A stretch of DNA of 64,000 nt from the human T2T-CHM13v2.0 reference genome, Homo sapiens. A program made the position numbers and the translations under genes. Below the pieces are notes generated by a model. The model did not search any database, was not told the origin of the DNA, and worked only from the letters and a program-made list of their open reading frames with translations. The first letter of the stretch is position 1; every line of letters starts with the position of its first letter. The stretch lies in NCBI RefSeq assembly GCF_009914755.1, contig NC_060928.1; one strand, given 5' to 3'. This document shows positions 20,224 through 37,126 of the stretch, piece after piece.

Positions 20224-20256
20224 CACTTGATCTTAGCCAAAAGGCTGAGAAGAAAT
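20224..20256 (-). pseudogene. U2 snRNA 5' fragment (nt 1-33), tailless retrocopy
   Basis: Reverse complement ATTTCTTCTCAGCCTTTTGGCTAAGATCAAGTG versus U2 ATCGCTTCTCGGCCTTTTGGCTAAGATCAAGTG (30 of 33); 15-bp TSD ACATTTGTTTTTCTT at 20209-20223 and 20258-20272. Confidence 0.9.
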
Positions 20257-20369
20257 GACATTTGTTTTTCTTTAATGTGAACTACCTATCATGCTTTTTC
20301 CCTCATTTTTCTGTTGAAATTTTGGTGTTTCTCTTCTGAAATTTTATGTCATGTGCTATTAGTAACACA

Positions 20370-20781
<412 letters not shown>

Positions 20782-21406
20782 TTACAGTTTGGTTTTGGTC
20801 TTTTGGCTTCACTTATGTTGTATGCTTCTGTGTGTTTGTAAAGTAGAACTCTAATAAAATTTACTTTTAACTTCTTCAAACTGAATATTTATTGGATGAG
20901 AAAATTATAATATCACTTGAAAACGTTGTAATGTTTCAATAGTTTTCAATTTTGTCTCCATATTAAAAATGTTTTCTAATAACACTCCTAACATATTCTG
21001 AAATAAGACATCAATAAGGAGCACACGATCTTGTGAACACTCATGACGTGATGCACCAGCCCGTTCCCTTGTCTGCCCCAGCTTCATGCCACTGCTCCTC
21101 AGTCTCCTCCTCACCCCCCAGGGGCTCCCCTCTTTCCGCCTTTCAGGTCCTCTCAGCTCTTTCAGAGGCGCAGAGTGGTGTAGAATGAAGATTCTGTGGG
21201 GGAGTCATAACTTAGAGTCTTCCACTTGAAACCCAAACGAAGAAGTGTGGGGAGAGAAGGCTGGGGACAGATTACTGGAGATTGCCAGTACCCTAGAGTC
21301 AGGGGGAGCAAGAGGAGCCCCTGGGAGATACTGAAAAGGAATGATTACAGCAGTCAGAAAAAAAGTTGTCAAGACAGCACCACAGAAATTAAAAAGAAGA
21401 GAGTTG

Positions 21407-21718
21407 ACTGGGCGCAGTGGCTCATGTCTGTAATCCCAGCACTTTGGGAGGCTGAGGTGGGCAGATCACGAGGTCAGGAGATCGAGATCATCCTGGGCAA
21501 CATGGTGAAACTCTGTCTGTACTAAATATACCAAAATTAGTTGGGCATGGTGGCGTGTGCCTGTAGTCCCAGCTACTTGGGAGGCTGAGGTAGGAGAATC
21601 ACTTGAACCCAGGAGGCAGAGGTTTCAGTGAGCCAAGATCACACCACTGCACTCCAGCGTGGCAACAGAGTGAGACTCCATCTCCAAAATAAATAAAAAA
21701 TAATAATAAAATAAAAAG
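21407..21718 (+). mobile_element. AluSc-like
   Basis: Full Alu; TSD AAAAAGAAGAGAGTT. Confidence 0.95.
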
Positions 21719-21789
21719 AAGAGAGTTTTTAGAAGAATAGTTGGAAGAACTAACAGTTTTAGAGATATCAGATAATAATACCACCAGCA

Positions 21790-21969
21790 GTAGTCTGCTG
21801 GAGAATTCTATCCTGATCAGAGGAGGGTCATTCCTTTTGTTCTAACCGGGCCTTCACCTGATTGGATGGGGTCCACCTACAGTCTAAAGGATAATCCTCA
21901 GAGTTTATTGATTTAATGGTAATCTCAGGCAAAACCACCTTCCAAATAGACACACAAAATTAACTGTCA
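21790..21969. mobile_element. MLT2 (ERVL) LTR fragment
   Basis: CTGATTGGATGGGGTCCACC...TGATTTAATGGTAATCTCA...GACACACAAAATTAACTGTCA. Confidence 0.7.
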
Positions 21970-22401
21970 TGGAGTGGTAGAGAAAAAATGTACCTTTTCA
22001 GTGAGATGAATAGAGAAAGAAAGGGGAATGGTGCAATAAATGAGATGATCAATTGGGGAATTAAGTGGACTAGAGAAAAAAACAATACTATGCCAGAAGT
22101 TTTTCTTTTTTATTATTTTGTTTTTTAAAGATGAATGAAACATAAGCATGTTGTTTTGCTGGGGAGACGCATTAGCAGAGATGAAGAGCAGGAAGGTTTT
22201 CAGGGTCGTAGTGTCGGCTGTCACTTCTGAGCCTCAATTTTCGCAGATTCTCACAAGAACTTCTGGCCCTGATTCATGGATTTTTGCTAGCTATATCTAC
22301 TAGTATCTCCCACCATTCCATATGCAATACAGTTAAGTTTATTTTTTCCATTTCCCTTTATCAAAACCTTCCCCTAATTTCACCTTTCACATGTCTGTCA
22401 G

Positions 22402-22436
22402 TGACGTCAGTAAACGTCCAAAGGTCTATGACCTTG
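22402..22436. promoter_or_regulatory. Motif cluster: full CRE, forkhead-like GTAAAC, nuclear-receptor IR1/ERR site
   Basis: TGACGTCA (22402-22409) followed by GTAAAC; AGGTCT-A-TGACCTTG (22422-22436). Motif match only, no functional evidence. Confidence 0.35.
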
Positions 22437-22448
22437 CAGAAGAAATCA

Positions 22449-22729
<281 letters not shown>

Positions 22730-23337
22730 TTATTACCAGGATTTGCGGTCGCAGGTCTTTTTTCCTGATCACAGTATTGATATATCATGAGAACCATCAG
22801 GATAGCTCCCTAAGGAAAGGTTTCTCAGGAGGTTTTGCAGAGGGGGAGTGATTTTCATGATTCTTAGCAGTTCTTGAAGAGAGAATGCAGAATCTCAGCT
22901 CCGGTATTCCATGGAATCTCTGTTGTTTTATTCGCAGAGTCGCTTTGCCCATTTTTCCTCCTTGCATTTATTAGAGAGAAAGGCATCTGGTTATCACCAT
23001 TGGCCTAAAAAGATTTAGTAATTAAGGATCTTCTTAAAATTCGCATTCTATAGCATTAAGATACACAGATGAGAAGGTGTTTCATGGAAAATAAACTTTG
23101 CAAGCAAAATATAAAAACCCATTTATAGTAGGAAGAATTGTGAGTCAGCTAGCTATCTCAACCCTTCAAGGCACACAGAGCACCACAGAAGTGAATTACA
23201 CTGAATTATCCAATATTTGAATCTTGCCGCTGATTGAAAAATGGTAATTTTTACAACAAAATTGACTAAATAAAGTGTTGCTCCATTTGTACACTGGAGA
23301 ATATACAGCTATTATAGAAAAGGTGGAACATCTATAG

Positions 23338-23810
23338 AGATGCTCGTCAGCCAACAGTGGGATTACTTCTCAGTAAATCCATTATAAATTGGAAATACTG
23401 TAAGTCAAAAATGCATTAGGTACCCCCAAGTAACCTGACTTGATCACTACACATTCTCCGCACATAACAAAGTATCACACGAGCCCCATAAATATGTACA
23501 AATATTATGTATCAATAAAAAAATGCCTTTAATACCCCTAGCCTCCTGAACATCAGCGCTTAGCCTACCTTAAGTGTGCTCTGAACACTCACAGCAGCTA
23601 CATCTGGGCAGAAGCATCTGGCAACACAGTGCACTGCAGAGTACTGGCTCCTTACCCAGGTCATCACATGGCTGACAGGGAGCTGTGGCTCGTTGCCACC
23701 ACACAGCATTGAGAGAGTATTCTGCCTCTTTCTACTGAAGCATATTGCTTTTGCATCATCTTAAAGTCACAAAACTGTAAGTCAAACCATCATGTCAGGG
23801 AATGTCTGCA
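23338..23810. mobile_element. MER47/Tigger5-type DNA transposon
   Basis: GTAAGTCAAAAATGCATT...CTTAGCCTACCTTAAGTGTGCTC...GTAAGTCAAACCATC. Confidence 0.8.
23432..23523 (+). mobile_element. Short L1MA/L1PB 3' end inserted in MER47
   Basis: CCTGACTTGATCACTACACATT...CCCCATAAATATGTACAAATATTATGTATCAATAAAA. Confidence 0.75.
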
Positions 23811-23835
23811 CACATTGATAAAGAAATTTTCCCAG

Positions 23836-24317
<482 letters not shown>

Positions 24318-25089
24318 CTAGGTGGCTGGGATGTGGAGAAAGGCAGGAAATCTACTTTTCCTTATATGTGCTTTGGATTTTTTGAATTATGTACATTTTA
24401 AAACATGTACTTCCAGTACATGTTTTAAAAGGAATGAAAATTTTCATTATCAATTTTGGGGAAGAAAAGCAAAGAAGCAGCAGAGACACAGGGGCAAGAA
24501 CATAAGGTAGTTTGCGAAAGGTGGGATTGTGACGTGCTGGACCTCCAGCATCCGTAGTGATGGTCACCCACACGAATAAGGCGGGCCTGGTCTGGGCTCC
24601 AAGCCAGAAGTAAAGGCTGTCACTGAGCCAAATCCTTTAGAGGCCATTCAAAACTTCCCTTTATGTAGCGGCACAGTACCTGAGATACAACCTGTCCTCT
24701 ATGAATGCCATTTTCACCTAATGACTGCTGTGAAGAAGAGTCTAGTGATCTTCTAGAAGAGTCTACAGCTTACAGTGGCCTGCAATGCTGGCTATGCAAC
24801 AGGCTGTCCTGTGATGTCTTAACAATATAGCACTGTGCGGTCCCTCCCTGGAATTAATAATCAAAGTTTCCAGAGCTGAGGTCCAAAAACCACTGGATTG
24901 CAGTTTTTAACAGGCAGGTAGGTAGCAGGCAAGGAGAAGGGGTTGGCTTAGTACCAGGAAAATTAAATGAAGAAAGTGAGGCATCTACTCTAAAATTGGA
25001 TCCTTCTTTCCTGACCTGCCTTCAGCTCGGGACTATGAACACAGTCTCTGAAGAGCCCTATGTGCTTCTTGCCAGAACATTTTTCTGAA

Positions 25090-25260
25090 AAAATAATAAT
25101 AGCTGCCATTCATTGAGCACATGTTTTATTCCAGCACTGAGCAAGGAGTTTTAGATTGCTGACTTTCATTCTCACAGTGCCTCAGCGAGGAAGGCATATC
25201 TGTTTTACAGATAAGCATCGCAAGCTGAGAAAAGTAAGATAACTGCCCGAAGTCAGGAGA
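25090..25260 (-). mobile_element. MIR
   Basis: AATAATAGCTGCCATTCATTGAGCAC...TTTTACAGATAAG...GCTGAGAAAAGTAAGATAACTGCCC. Confidence 0.75.
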
Positions 25261-25641
25261 GCAGTGGATCTCTGTATTAATTACTCTGCTGGACTGCCTT
25301 TAAGTTTCAGAGACTTGCGAGCTCAGAGGAAATCCCGGACTCTAGGAATCGGGTAGGGGGATTGGATTTGGAGGGCCCAGGAAGCTGGCTGCATGCCGCG
25401 TGCTCGGGGGTGCTCTCTGCCAGAGCCTGAAGCCTTGAGCTCCACTTCTGCACGGCAGCATCTCAGACTCCAGGGCCGTGCTCACCTTTGCACAACACCT
25501 TTACTTTCACATTAGTGCTTTGCCCTTACAGGGGTCGGCTAGGCTAGCAGAGAGATTAGGGATGTTTACTGGGGAGAGAAGCACATGATCACAGTTAAGA
25601 GGCTTAAGTTACATTCCCCTCCAGTTCCTACCCACTCACAT

Positions 25642-27424
<1,783 letters not shown>

Positions 27425-27688
27425 TCACCATCTCTGACAGCCCTGCTCTCCTTGGTCCCCTCTCAGGAAGCCCATGCATCAGGACCCCCACCCTCCAGAG
27501 GTGTTCTGCCCATCCCTCCTCACACAGCTCCCCACTTTCCCAACTCGCCACTATGACCCCAGACAGTCCATTGTTTGGTGCACAATTTATCTTAAACTTT
27601 TGAAATCTTCACTGAATATTTTTTTTTCTATCCTCTTGCTTTAACTAAAACTTGGATATCCACTGAGCACAGTGATTGCCTATAATTC

Positions 27689-28002
<314 letters not shown>

Positions 28003-28129
28003 TGAAGCAGCTTATTATTTCACAAACTAAAAACTTCAGAGTGGCTACTTTCATAAAATTGTTCTGCTGCCTGAGCGTGAGGCCCGTTCCTTTTGAGGCT
28101 CACAGCCTCCAGGAAGCCTGCCTGTAACT

Positions 28130-29260
28130 TCCCTCATGCTCATCCAGGACTCCTTGCCGTTCTACACTACTCACTGGAGATTTAAAAGCCAGGGTCACTT
28201 TTTTCTCCACCCTGAACCCTGTTGCATCATCCGAAATGACTTCAGTGTTCATGGGGTTGCCACATTATGCACCCGAATTTCTAAGTTCCTTGGCCTCCTT
28301 ATCTTGAGAGACAATGGATTTCATTTCATTTCAGCCACGGCTTCCCACTGGACTTTGCCATAAGAAACTGTACTATGAAATCTGAAGTTTAAGTTACTGT
28401 GTTCACAATTTATCACTCCGAAAACTCTCCTATTATATCTCAAAACTCTGTCATGCCCAAATCCCTGTCTGTTATAAATTAAATGTCTACCTTTTCTGCC
28501 TTTTCAAATGGGAGGATCAGAGGTACTGGTAAAGAATTTCACAGCTTTAGAGATGAGTGCCGCTCTGTAACTGCATGGTATCTAAGCTCGATAATCAGGA
28601 GTCCCTGTCTCCTTAGCCACCTTGATCTCATTCTCATCAGGAGATACTTCAGACATTTTCTATTCTCTTCTGACCACCAAGCTCATTTCATCCCCTGCAG
28701 TTAACCTTGCAGACACAGAAAAGGATTGCCCACGCTGTTCTCACTCCCACAAAATCAGCCCTGCAGAAGAATCCCTATCCACGCCCACCCTTTCCCTTTT
28801 CTCCCCTTACAGTGACACGGCATATAAAGCTAATGCTTTCTACTTCATTATATTTTTTTAAAGCCTGTGCTCTGAATTGTATTTCCTTCCACTAACTCAG
28901 TAAGTGTAGTCTTAATGATGACATCTCCCTGCTATGTTTTCAACCTTTGCTTACTCATCAGCATGAAAGCGTATTTATTTCCTTCCCAACTTGAAAAAAC
29001 AAAACTCCGGTTCCTTGGCTTCATACACCTTTTTAAAGTGTTGTCTATTTAGTTGTAACTGTTGTCTCCATCATCCCATTAAACTGTTTTCCCAAAGAAT
29101 GAAAACCTACTTGTTGCTGGGTCCAACCCTTTAAAAGCTTTACTTCTATTTTTACTCTATCTTAACAGCTAAATTGTTTTGAATTCCTAGACACCACTGC
29201 TGTCTCTACACCACACCAAGCTCTCAGGCTATACTTCTCCATCTTCTTTCTAGGCATCTC
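28130..29260 (+). mobile_element. Degenerate L2 fragments
   Basis: CATCATCCGAAATGACTTCAGTGTTCATG...TTCCTTGGCCTCCT...TCAGCCAC resembles the L2 endonuclease region. Confidence 0.5.
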
Positions 29261-29266
29261 TTTCTC

Positions 29267-29622
<356 letters not shown>

Positions 29623-29688
29623 CTTTCTCTGTTCTTTAAAAGCTGTTCTTCAGGTTTTGGTTTCAGCACATCAATCTCCTTTCTTTAC

Positions 29689-30094
29689 TGCATTAAACAA
29701 AGTTTATGGGGGGCCGTTGTTGGGACTGCGCTCCTACACTGGGCCCCACAGACCCGTCCAAGCCACATAATCAAGCTGAACTTCAAAACCGTCGGCTTTC
29801 CAAAAACAGGAGACTTGCAGCCACCAATCAGAAGGGGCCCAGTTGACCTGAGCCGGCCTGGTAAACAAGTACCCTTTGCTTTAACCTTATGAGAAAAGTA
29901 ACTTTTGAAATTAGCAGTCTGCTTTCATCCCAGTTTCTGCCTTCCTCAGTCCTTCTCTGCCTATAAAGCTAAACCCACACGTTCAGCTCATCACAGCACC
30001 CACGCTATTTTGTAAAATGAGATGGTGTCTGGTCCTATAATAGCTAATAATAGCCAATTAAATTTCAACTAAATTTGTTGTTAATTTTTTTAAC
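29689..30094 (+). mobile_element. MER65/MER72-like ERV1 LTR
   Basis: TTTATGGGGGGCCGTTGTTGGGACTGCGCTCCTACACTGGGCCCC start; AGCCAATTAAATTTCAACTAAATTTGTTG...TAACA end. Confidence 0.7.
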
Positions 30095-30299
30095 AACCAA
30101 TTTATTTTTATGGCTTCAATTTCATCGCTCCCAAATCATTTTCTGTAACTAAGTCCTTTCTCCTGAACTTCAATCCTACATATCCAGCAAGTCCTGTAGA
30201 CTTCCTCCCAGGAACCTCCAACTAAATGTTGCAAAATATTAACTTACAGTCTTTTCCCTCTAGCCTGTCTTTCTTTTTTTTTTTTCCTTTGTTTTTTAA

Positions 30300-30430
30300 T
30301 CCATTTTTTAGCTTTATTGAGGTATAATTGACAAATTAAAATCGTGTATATTTAAGGCGTACAACATATTTTGACATAATACACACTGAGGTAATCACTA
30401 CAATCAAGTTAATTAGCATATTTACCCCAC
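30300..30430 (-). mobile_element. L1MA 3' end fragment
   Basis: AGCTTTATTGAGGTATAATTGACAAAT. Confidence 0.75.
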
Positions 30431-30587
30431 TAGCCTTTCTTTTTCCTCTTCTAATACAGATGAATGACATCACCAACAATCCAGTTTCCAAAGCCAAAAA
30501 TTCTTCTTCTCTTACATTATATCTAATTCATTCTGAAAATTTGAAAATTCAGTCTCTGAAGCTGCTCTTAAAAGAATTCCCTTCCTA

Positions 30588-31185
30588 GTCAGGCATGATG
30601 GCAAGAGCCTGCAGTCCAAGTTACTTTGGAGGCTAAGGCAGGAGAATCCCTTGAGCCTAGAGTTCAAGTCCAGCCTGGGCAACATAGCAAGACAGTTACT
30701 GAAACACTTCAGCCTCTGTGTAGGTCCTGCTGCTCGCCACACAGAAAGTCAATGACTGAGACGATGAGTATTGCCAAGGAAGATGGCTTTAATCTTTGCT
30801 GCAGCCAAGAAGATGGAACTCAGTCTCAAATCCATCTCCCTGTGGTACTAAAACCAGAGGTTTTTATAGCAGGGAAGAAATGTAACAGTGCGTAAGAAAA
30901 CAGGAACCAGGGAGGGGCAAGGAAGCCATCATGATGAATGAGGCGTTCAGCATCTCATTGGATGTGCTGATCTGGTGACTTTCAGTTCTTTGATACTCTT
31001 TTTTTGAGAGGCCTGAAGGTCTTTTCCTGAGGGATAAACTCAGAAAAAAAATATGTTAATAAGTTTCAAGCTTTAAGACCACGCGGGTCAATTTCTGTGT
31101 TTATATAAAAAAAATGTCTATGAGACAATTGGGTCAGTTTCAAAACCACATCTCTAAAAAACAAATAAATACATGAATAAGAAAA
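30588..31185 (+). mobile_element. Old Alu monomer (FAM/FRAM/FLAM-like) split by a MER39-like LTR
   Basis: Monomer body 30588-30693 resumes at 31143 with CATCTCTAAAAAA; TSD AAAAGAATT(C/T)CCTT. Confidence 0.75.
30694..31142 (-). mobile_element. MER39-like ERV1 LTR
   Basis: Reverse complement of the motifs seen at 16085-16405; begins TGAAACTGACC on the minus strand. Confidence 0.8.
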
Positions 31186-31789
31186 GAATTTCCTTTCTGT
31201 CTAACTGCACTGTCATTTCCCTGACCTAACTATGGTCATTTCTCAACTGGATCATTACATTAATTTCCAAGTTGGTTTTGCTTCCAGTCATTCTCATTCC
31301 AATTCATTCTCTAGAATTTTCAAAAATTAAGTCTTATAGATGAATTTCTTCCCTATAAATTTTCAATGGCTTCTTAAAGAGGTCCCATATCTCATGATCC
31401 ATCAGCCTGTATCTTGAGAGGCCATATTGCACTATCTTACTGCTTCTATCTATACACACACACACTCTCTCTCTCATTCCACACTTCACCCATATTGGAT
31501 AATTCATGTTCTCTTTTGATGTCAACCCTTTTGCTCATGTCTCATTTGCTCAGAAAACTTCCCTGTTTGTCCTATGCCTCTTCTCTTGCCTCCAATACAC
31601 TGCCTTGTCTGAATGGGGTCATCTTTTAATCACCCTTTAGCCTCCTCTCAGACACCTTTTTACCTGAAACCTTCCTAGAATCTGTACCAATAATATTAAT
31701 TCAAGTGGAGTCTGCTCTTTCTCATAATCACTACTCACACCGTCACCATGGCCACTCCACAAAATACACTGGGGTGGAGCGGTGGGATG

Positions 31790-32000
31790 GGGAGTGAATT
31801 TAATTTGGAACATTAGGTGTCTGAAGTACCCTTGTTTATCTATGAATAAATTTATAGATATAACGGTCTGAAGCTTGAAGAGATCTGGGATTGAGATACA
31901 GATTTGAGAATTTTTGGAATATAGATGAGAACTAAAACCATTGGAGGGGATGAGATATTTGGAGAGTGTGTGCAGAATGGGAAGAGGCGAGAAGAGAAGA
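31790..32000 (-). mobile_element. L2 fragment
   Basis: GAGATCTGGGATTGAGATACAGATTTGAGA...GGATGAGAT. Confidence 0.6.
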
Positions 32001-32336
32001 CAGAAGAGGAGAAGGGAGGATAGGAAGCAGGACAGAACACTGAGCGTGAGGAGGGTTCGTTGGCCCCACCCAGGTACGTGGTTGGTTCTTTGGATAACCA
32101 GCATTCTGATCTCTTGGATAATTACATCTTTCCCCATTGTGTTCAGCCTTGGTGTATCAAAAATCAATTGCTGTGCCCTGCTGTAGCTGAGGAATGTGAT
32201 TAAAATCTCCTAGATCATTTTGTCTTGAGTAGAGTAGCACAAGGACAGGAAAAGGCACAATAGTTGTAGAGTATTTATTTTAGATCAGGAAAACTGTTGA
32301 GGCTCTCGCATGAGTTCTTGCTGCTCAGATTCCTGA

Positions 32337-32676
<340 letters not shown>

Positions 32677-33324
32677 CATAATTCTGCTTCTTAAGCCTTC
32701 CCTTACAGCCAGGGAGTTACAGATATGGTTCCAACAAAGTCCTTTCCTGCTTAGAATGCCGGAGCCAGCTTTTTTCTTTTTTCTTGCCTTGCAAGAACTC
32801 AGTTACACTAAGGAAAAACGACATTCATGCGATGTTAGATACTAGGAGGAAACTCCAAATGAGATAGAACAGCTTCTAAGGGTGCCATTCAAGATGTTTC
32901 AAGAACCAAAGAATTGATGTCAAAAGGAAAACGAGTATTTCAAGATGAAAGTCATTATTAATAGAGTGGTTTAAATATTTTACTAGTTTTATTAAATAAA
33001 TTAATGAAAAATATAAAATTAAATTAAATTTAAAGTTATATCTCACTTGTATTTTTAGTTACTCATCAATTTTTGTTTTTTAATTGTGTTCTTATAGATT
33101 GTTTTGTATTTTTCTTTTCTAACCTTTTAATGTATGACTATTTTTATTCGTATTTTCTATGCTAGTAATGAAAGCATTTAAAGTGTATTTTAAAAAATAA
33201 AGCTAATTCATTCCATCATTTTAGTATTTGTTATTGCTCCTTTAAATATATTCTTTTATTTTAGTTTTGATTTCATCTTTGACCCAGGAGATCCTTAAGA
33301 GTGAGTTTTGAAAATATTAATGTA

Positions 33325-33612
33325 TAGGAACAGGAAACGAAACACCACACATTCTCTCTTATTAGTGGGAGCTGAATGAAGAGGACACAAGGTGGGGACA
33401 ACACACACTGAGGCCTGTGGGGGTGTGTGGGTGGAGGGAGAGCATCAGGAAGAATAGCTAATGGAGGCTGGGCTTCCTACCTTGGTGATGGGATGATCCG
33501 AGCAGCAAAGCACCATGGCACATGTCTACCCATGCCACAAACCTGCACATCCTGCACATGCACCCCTGAACTTACACAAAATAAAAGTTGAAGAAAAAAA
33601 AAAACAAAACAA
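33325..33612 (+). mobile_element. 5'-truncated older L1PA 3' end with poly-A tail
   Basis: GAGAGCATCAGGAAGAATAGCTAATG...CAAACCTGCACATCCTGCACATG...AATAAAAGTTG-A(n). Confidence 0.9.
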
Positions 33613-34154
33613 ATTTAACATATTTGGCCAGTTCTATTTTATCTTCTAGGAATAGTTTCTCCTTTTTTGTATTATGGTTAAAGAATGTGGTTATTTATTT
33701 CATTTTGGAAATTATCAAAGTCATGTTTTTATATGTAATTTCAGATACACTTTAAAATAAATGTTCTGCAGACACTTGTTTTCAGCTTACAGAATTGAAC
33801 AGACACAAACATAAACAAAGTCTTTTTCATTATAATATTTAGTCAGTTGTATCCATTATTTCTGGTCTCTTTGATCTGTTACAGAACTGGATGAGTGTGT
33901 TGAAATTTCTTAGGATGGTTACATTTCCATTGATTCCTGCAGTTTTACTTTAGTGTGGGAGATGAAAAAGTAAAGATTCATGAGAGTTACGTTCTCCACT
34001 GTGAATTATGCTCCTTATAAATTACAAAGTGCCCTTCTCATTTTCTTTTCATTTGCCTTGAATCCAATGTGGTCTAGTATCAGCAGCCGAACTGCGGTTT
34101 GTTTCCGTGTTTAATCGTCTGCAATGTATTGTTGACTAGCGTTTACATGCTGCC

Positions 34155-34230
34155 CTGCTTTGTCCCTTCCTTCTAGGCAGAATATTTTTTTACTGCTTCG
34201 TCCCTTCCTTCTAGGCAGAATATTTTTTTA
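34155..34230. repeat. 38-bp tandem duplication
   Basis: CTGCTT(T/C)GTCCCTTCCTTCTAGGCAGAATATTTTTTTA twice. Confidence 0.95.
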
Positions 34231-34725
34231 CTATAGCTTTTTTAAAAAAAATACGAAACTTGTTCCCCCTTTTTTAAAAAGGTGAGTTTATCTACTTAAC
34301 CTTATAGTTATGTTTGGATTTAATTTAGCTTTATTAGATTTTCTCTTTTTAATGACTGCTGTTTGGAAACCGCCTGGTTACTTGATAGCCAGGGCATCAC
34401 TGAGGTCATTCTTTAACCCTTCTCATTACCATAGTACTTAAAATTATCACCATCATTTTAAAGAATAAACAACATGATAATCTCTGTCTCTCTCTTTGTG
34501 TATATATATGTGTGTGTGTGCATGTATATATATACTTTCTCTATATATTCATATAGATAGTCTACCTATTGACACAACATGAATACACTATAGATGTGTG
34601 TGTGCGTGTGTCAGTGTATGTTTGTATTTCATATTTATAACATCCCAACATGACACATGCTTTTTACTTAGGTACACATGTTAACATAGTTTTAGAGATG
34701 AGAAATTGAGGAGAAGCAAAATTAA

Positions 34726-35169
<444 letters not shown>

Positions 35170-35360
35170 GGAGATTTTATTTTTAGAACAATTTTAGATT
35201 TACAGAAAAATAGAGAGATGCAGAGTTCTCATACCCTGCACCTGGTTTCTCCTATTATCAACCTCTTAACCTTTGTTACAATTAATAAACCAATTTTGAT
35301 ACATTAAAGCAGTTCCTTGAATAACATGTTTTTCCCAATGTTAGTTTGTTACAATGTTAA

Positions 35361-35690
<330 letters not shown>

Positions 35691-35833
35691 TAAAAGTGGC
35701 TTCCCAGCAAGGTCACCTGTGTGGAGTTTACAGGTTATCCCCATGTCTGTGTGGATTTTCTTCAGGTTCTCACGGTTCTTCCAGTTCCCAAAGCTGTGCT
35801 CATTGGGTTCACCAGCACGTCTCCATGGTACTG

Positions 35834-36194
35834 GGGTGAGTGAGTGTGGGTGAGTGCGGGTGTGGGAGAGTGAGTGTGGATGGGTGAGGGCGAGTGTGGG
35901 TGAATGAGGGTGAGTGAGAGTGTGGCTGAGTGAATGTAAGTGAATCAGGGTGAGTGTGAGTGTGAGGGAGTGAATGTGAGTGAATATGAGTGAGGGAGGG
36001 TGAGTGGATGAGTGTGGGTGGGTGTGAGTGAGTGAATGTGAGTGGTGGGTGAGTGTGGATGTGAGGGTGAGTGTGGATGTGAGGGTGAGTGGATGAGTGT
36101 GGGTGAGTGTGAGTGAGTGAAAGTGAGTGGTGGGTGAGTGTGGATGTGAGGGTGAGAGTGAATGTGAGGGTGAGTGTGAATTTGGGTGAGGGTG
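35834..36194. repeat. Complex (GTGA/GTGG)n repeat
   Basis: Recurrent GGGTGAGTGTGGATGTGA-type units. Confidence 0.92.
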
Positions 36195-36756
36195 TCATCT
36201 TGCCCTGGGAGAGCGTCCTGGCCAGGAAGGGTCCTGCCTGGCACCCTGAGCTGCAGGGATGGGCTGTGGCCACCCGCGATCCTGAACTGGATAAGCAGGT
36301 AAGTCATTATCTCACTTGTTTTTATTAATCTTTCTTAAATGTACATCTAGCTGACATTTATTTCAATGTTTAATATGAGAACTGTTTTGGTCTTTACTTA
36401 GAAGTTCAGTCATGTTTCTGTGACCAGAAATACACTACAGGAACTTCACCCTGGTCTGTGGCATTAGCCTACGGGAAAATTTGTTTTGTTACAGTAATTT
36501 AGCTTCAAATCACAGTTTCCACGAACCTATGGCCAAGGTGGACTTACCTTAGAGAGGATTTGCATGTGTGGTTACTGAGAGCTGCTGCGCATGAGGAACT
36601 GGGCCAGATTCCATGGGGATGGCAAAAATGGATCAAGAAATAATTCTGTTCTCCAGCTATTTATAATGTAACATAGAAAATAAGACACACATAAATTAAC
36701 TATAAGGTCATTTTTGCTCAGTGTGGTGGAAGTAGTTTAAATAAATACTAGAATAT

Positions 36757-36972
36757 GGCCAGACACAGTGGCTCACACCTGTAATTCCAGCACTTTGGGA
36801 AGCCAAGGTGGGCGGATCACGAGGTCAGGAGATTAGGACCATCCTGGCCAACATGGTGAAACCCCGTCTCTACTAAAAATACAAAAAACTAGCCGGGTGT
36901 GGTGGTGGGCGCCTGTGGTCCCAGCTACTCCGGAGGCTGAGGCAGAGCGAGACTCCATGCCCCCACAAAAAA
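36757..36972 (+). mobile_element. AluS with deletion of most of the right arm
   Basis: GGAGGCTGAGGCAG joined directly to AGCGAGACTCC. Confidence 0.9.
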
Positions 36973-37126
36973 GTGTGTGTGTGTGTGTGTATATATACAC
37001 ACACATACACTTTATGTTTACATATTTATATTTATTTAGTTTATATATATATAAACTAGAAAATAGAGAGATAATTAATGAAGAGAAATGGTAGTTTGGA
37101 AGAAACAGAAAAAAAACATAAAAGTA

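Noticed and set aside
31637-32186. 176-aa hydrophobic ORF
   Set aside because: Overlaps a degenerate L2 and a purine-rich low-complexity stretch
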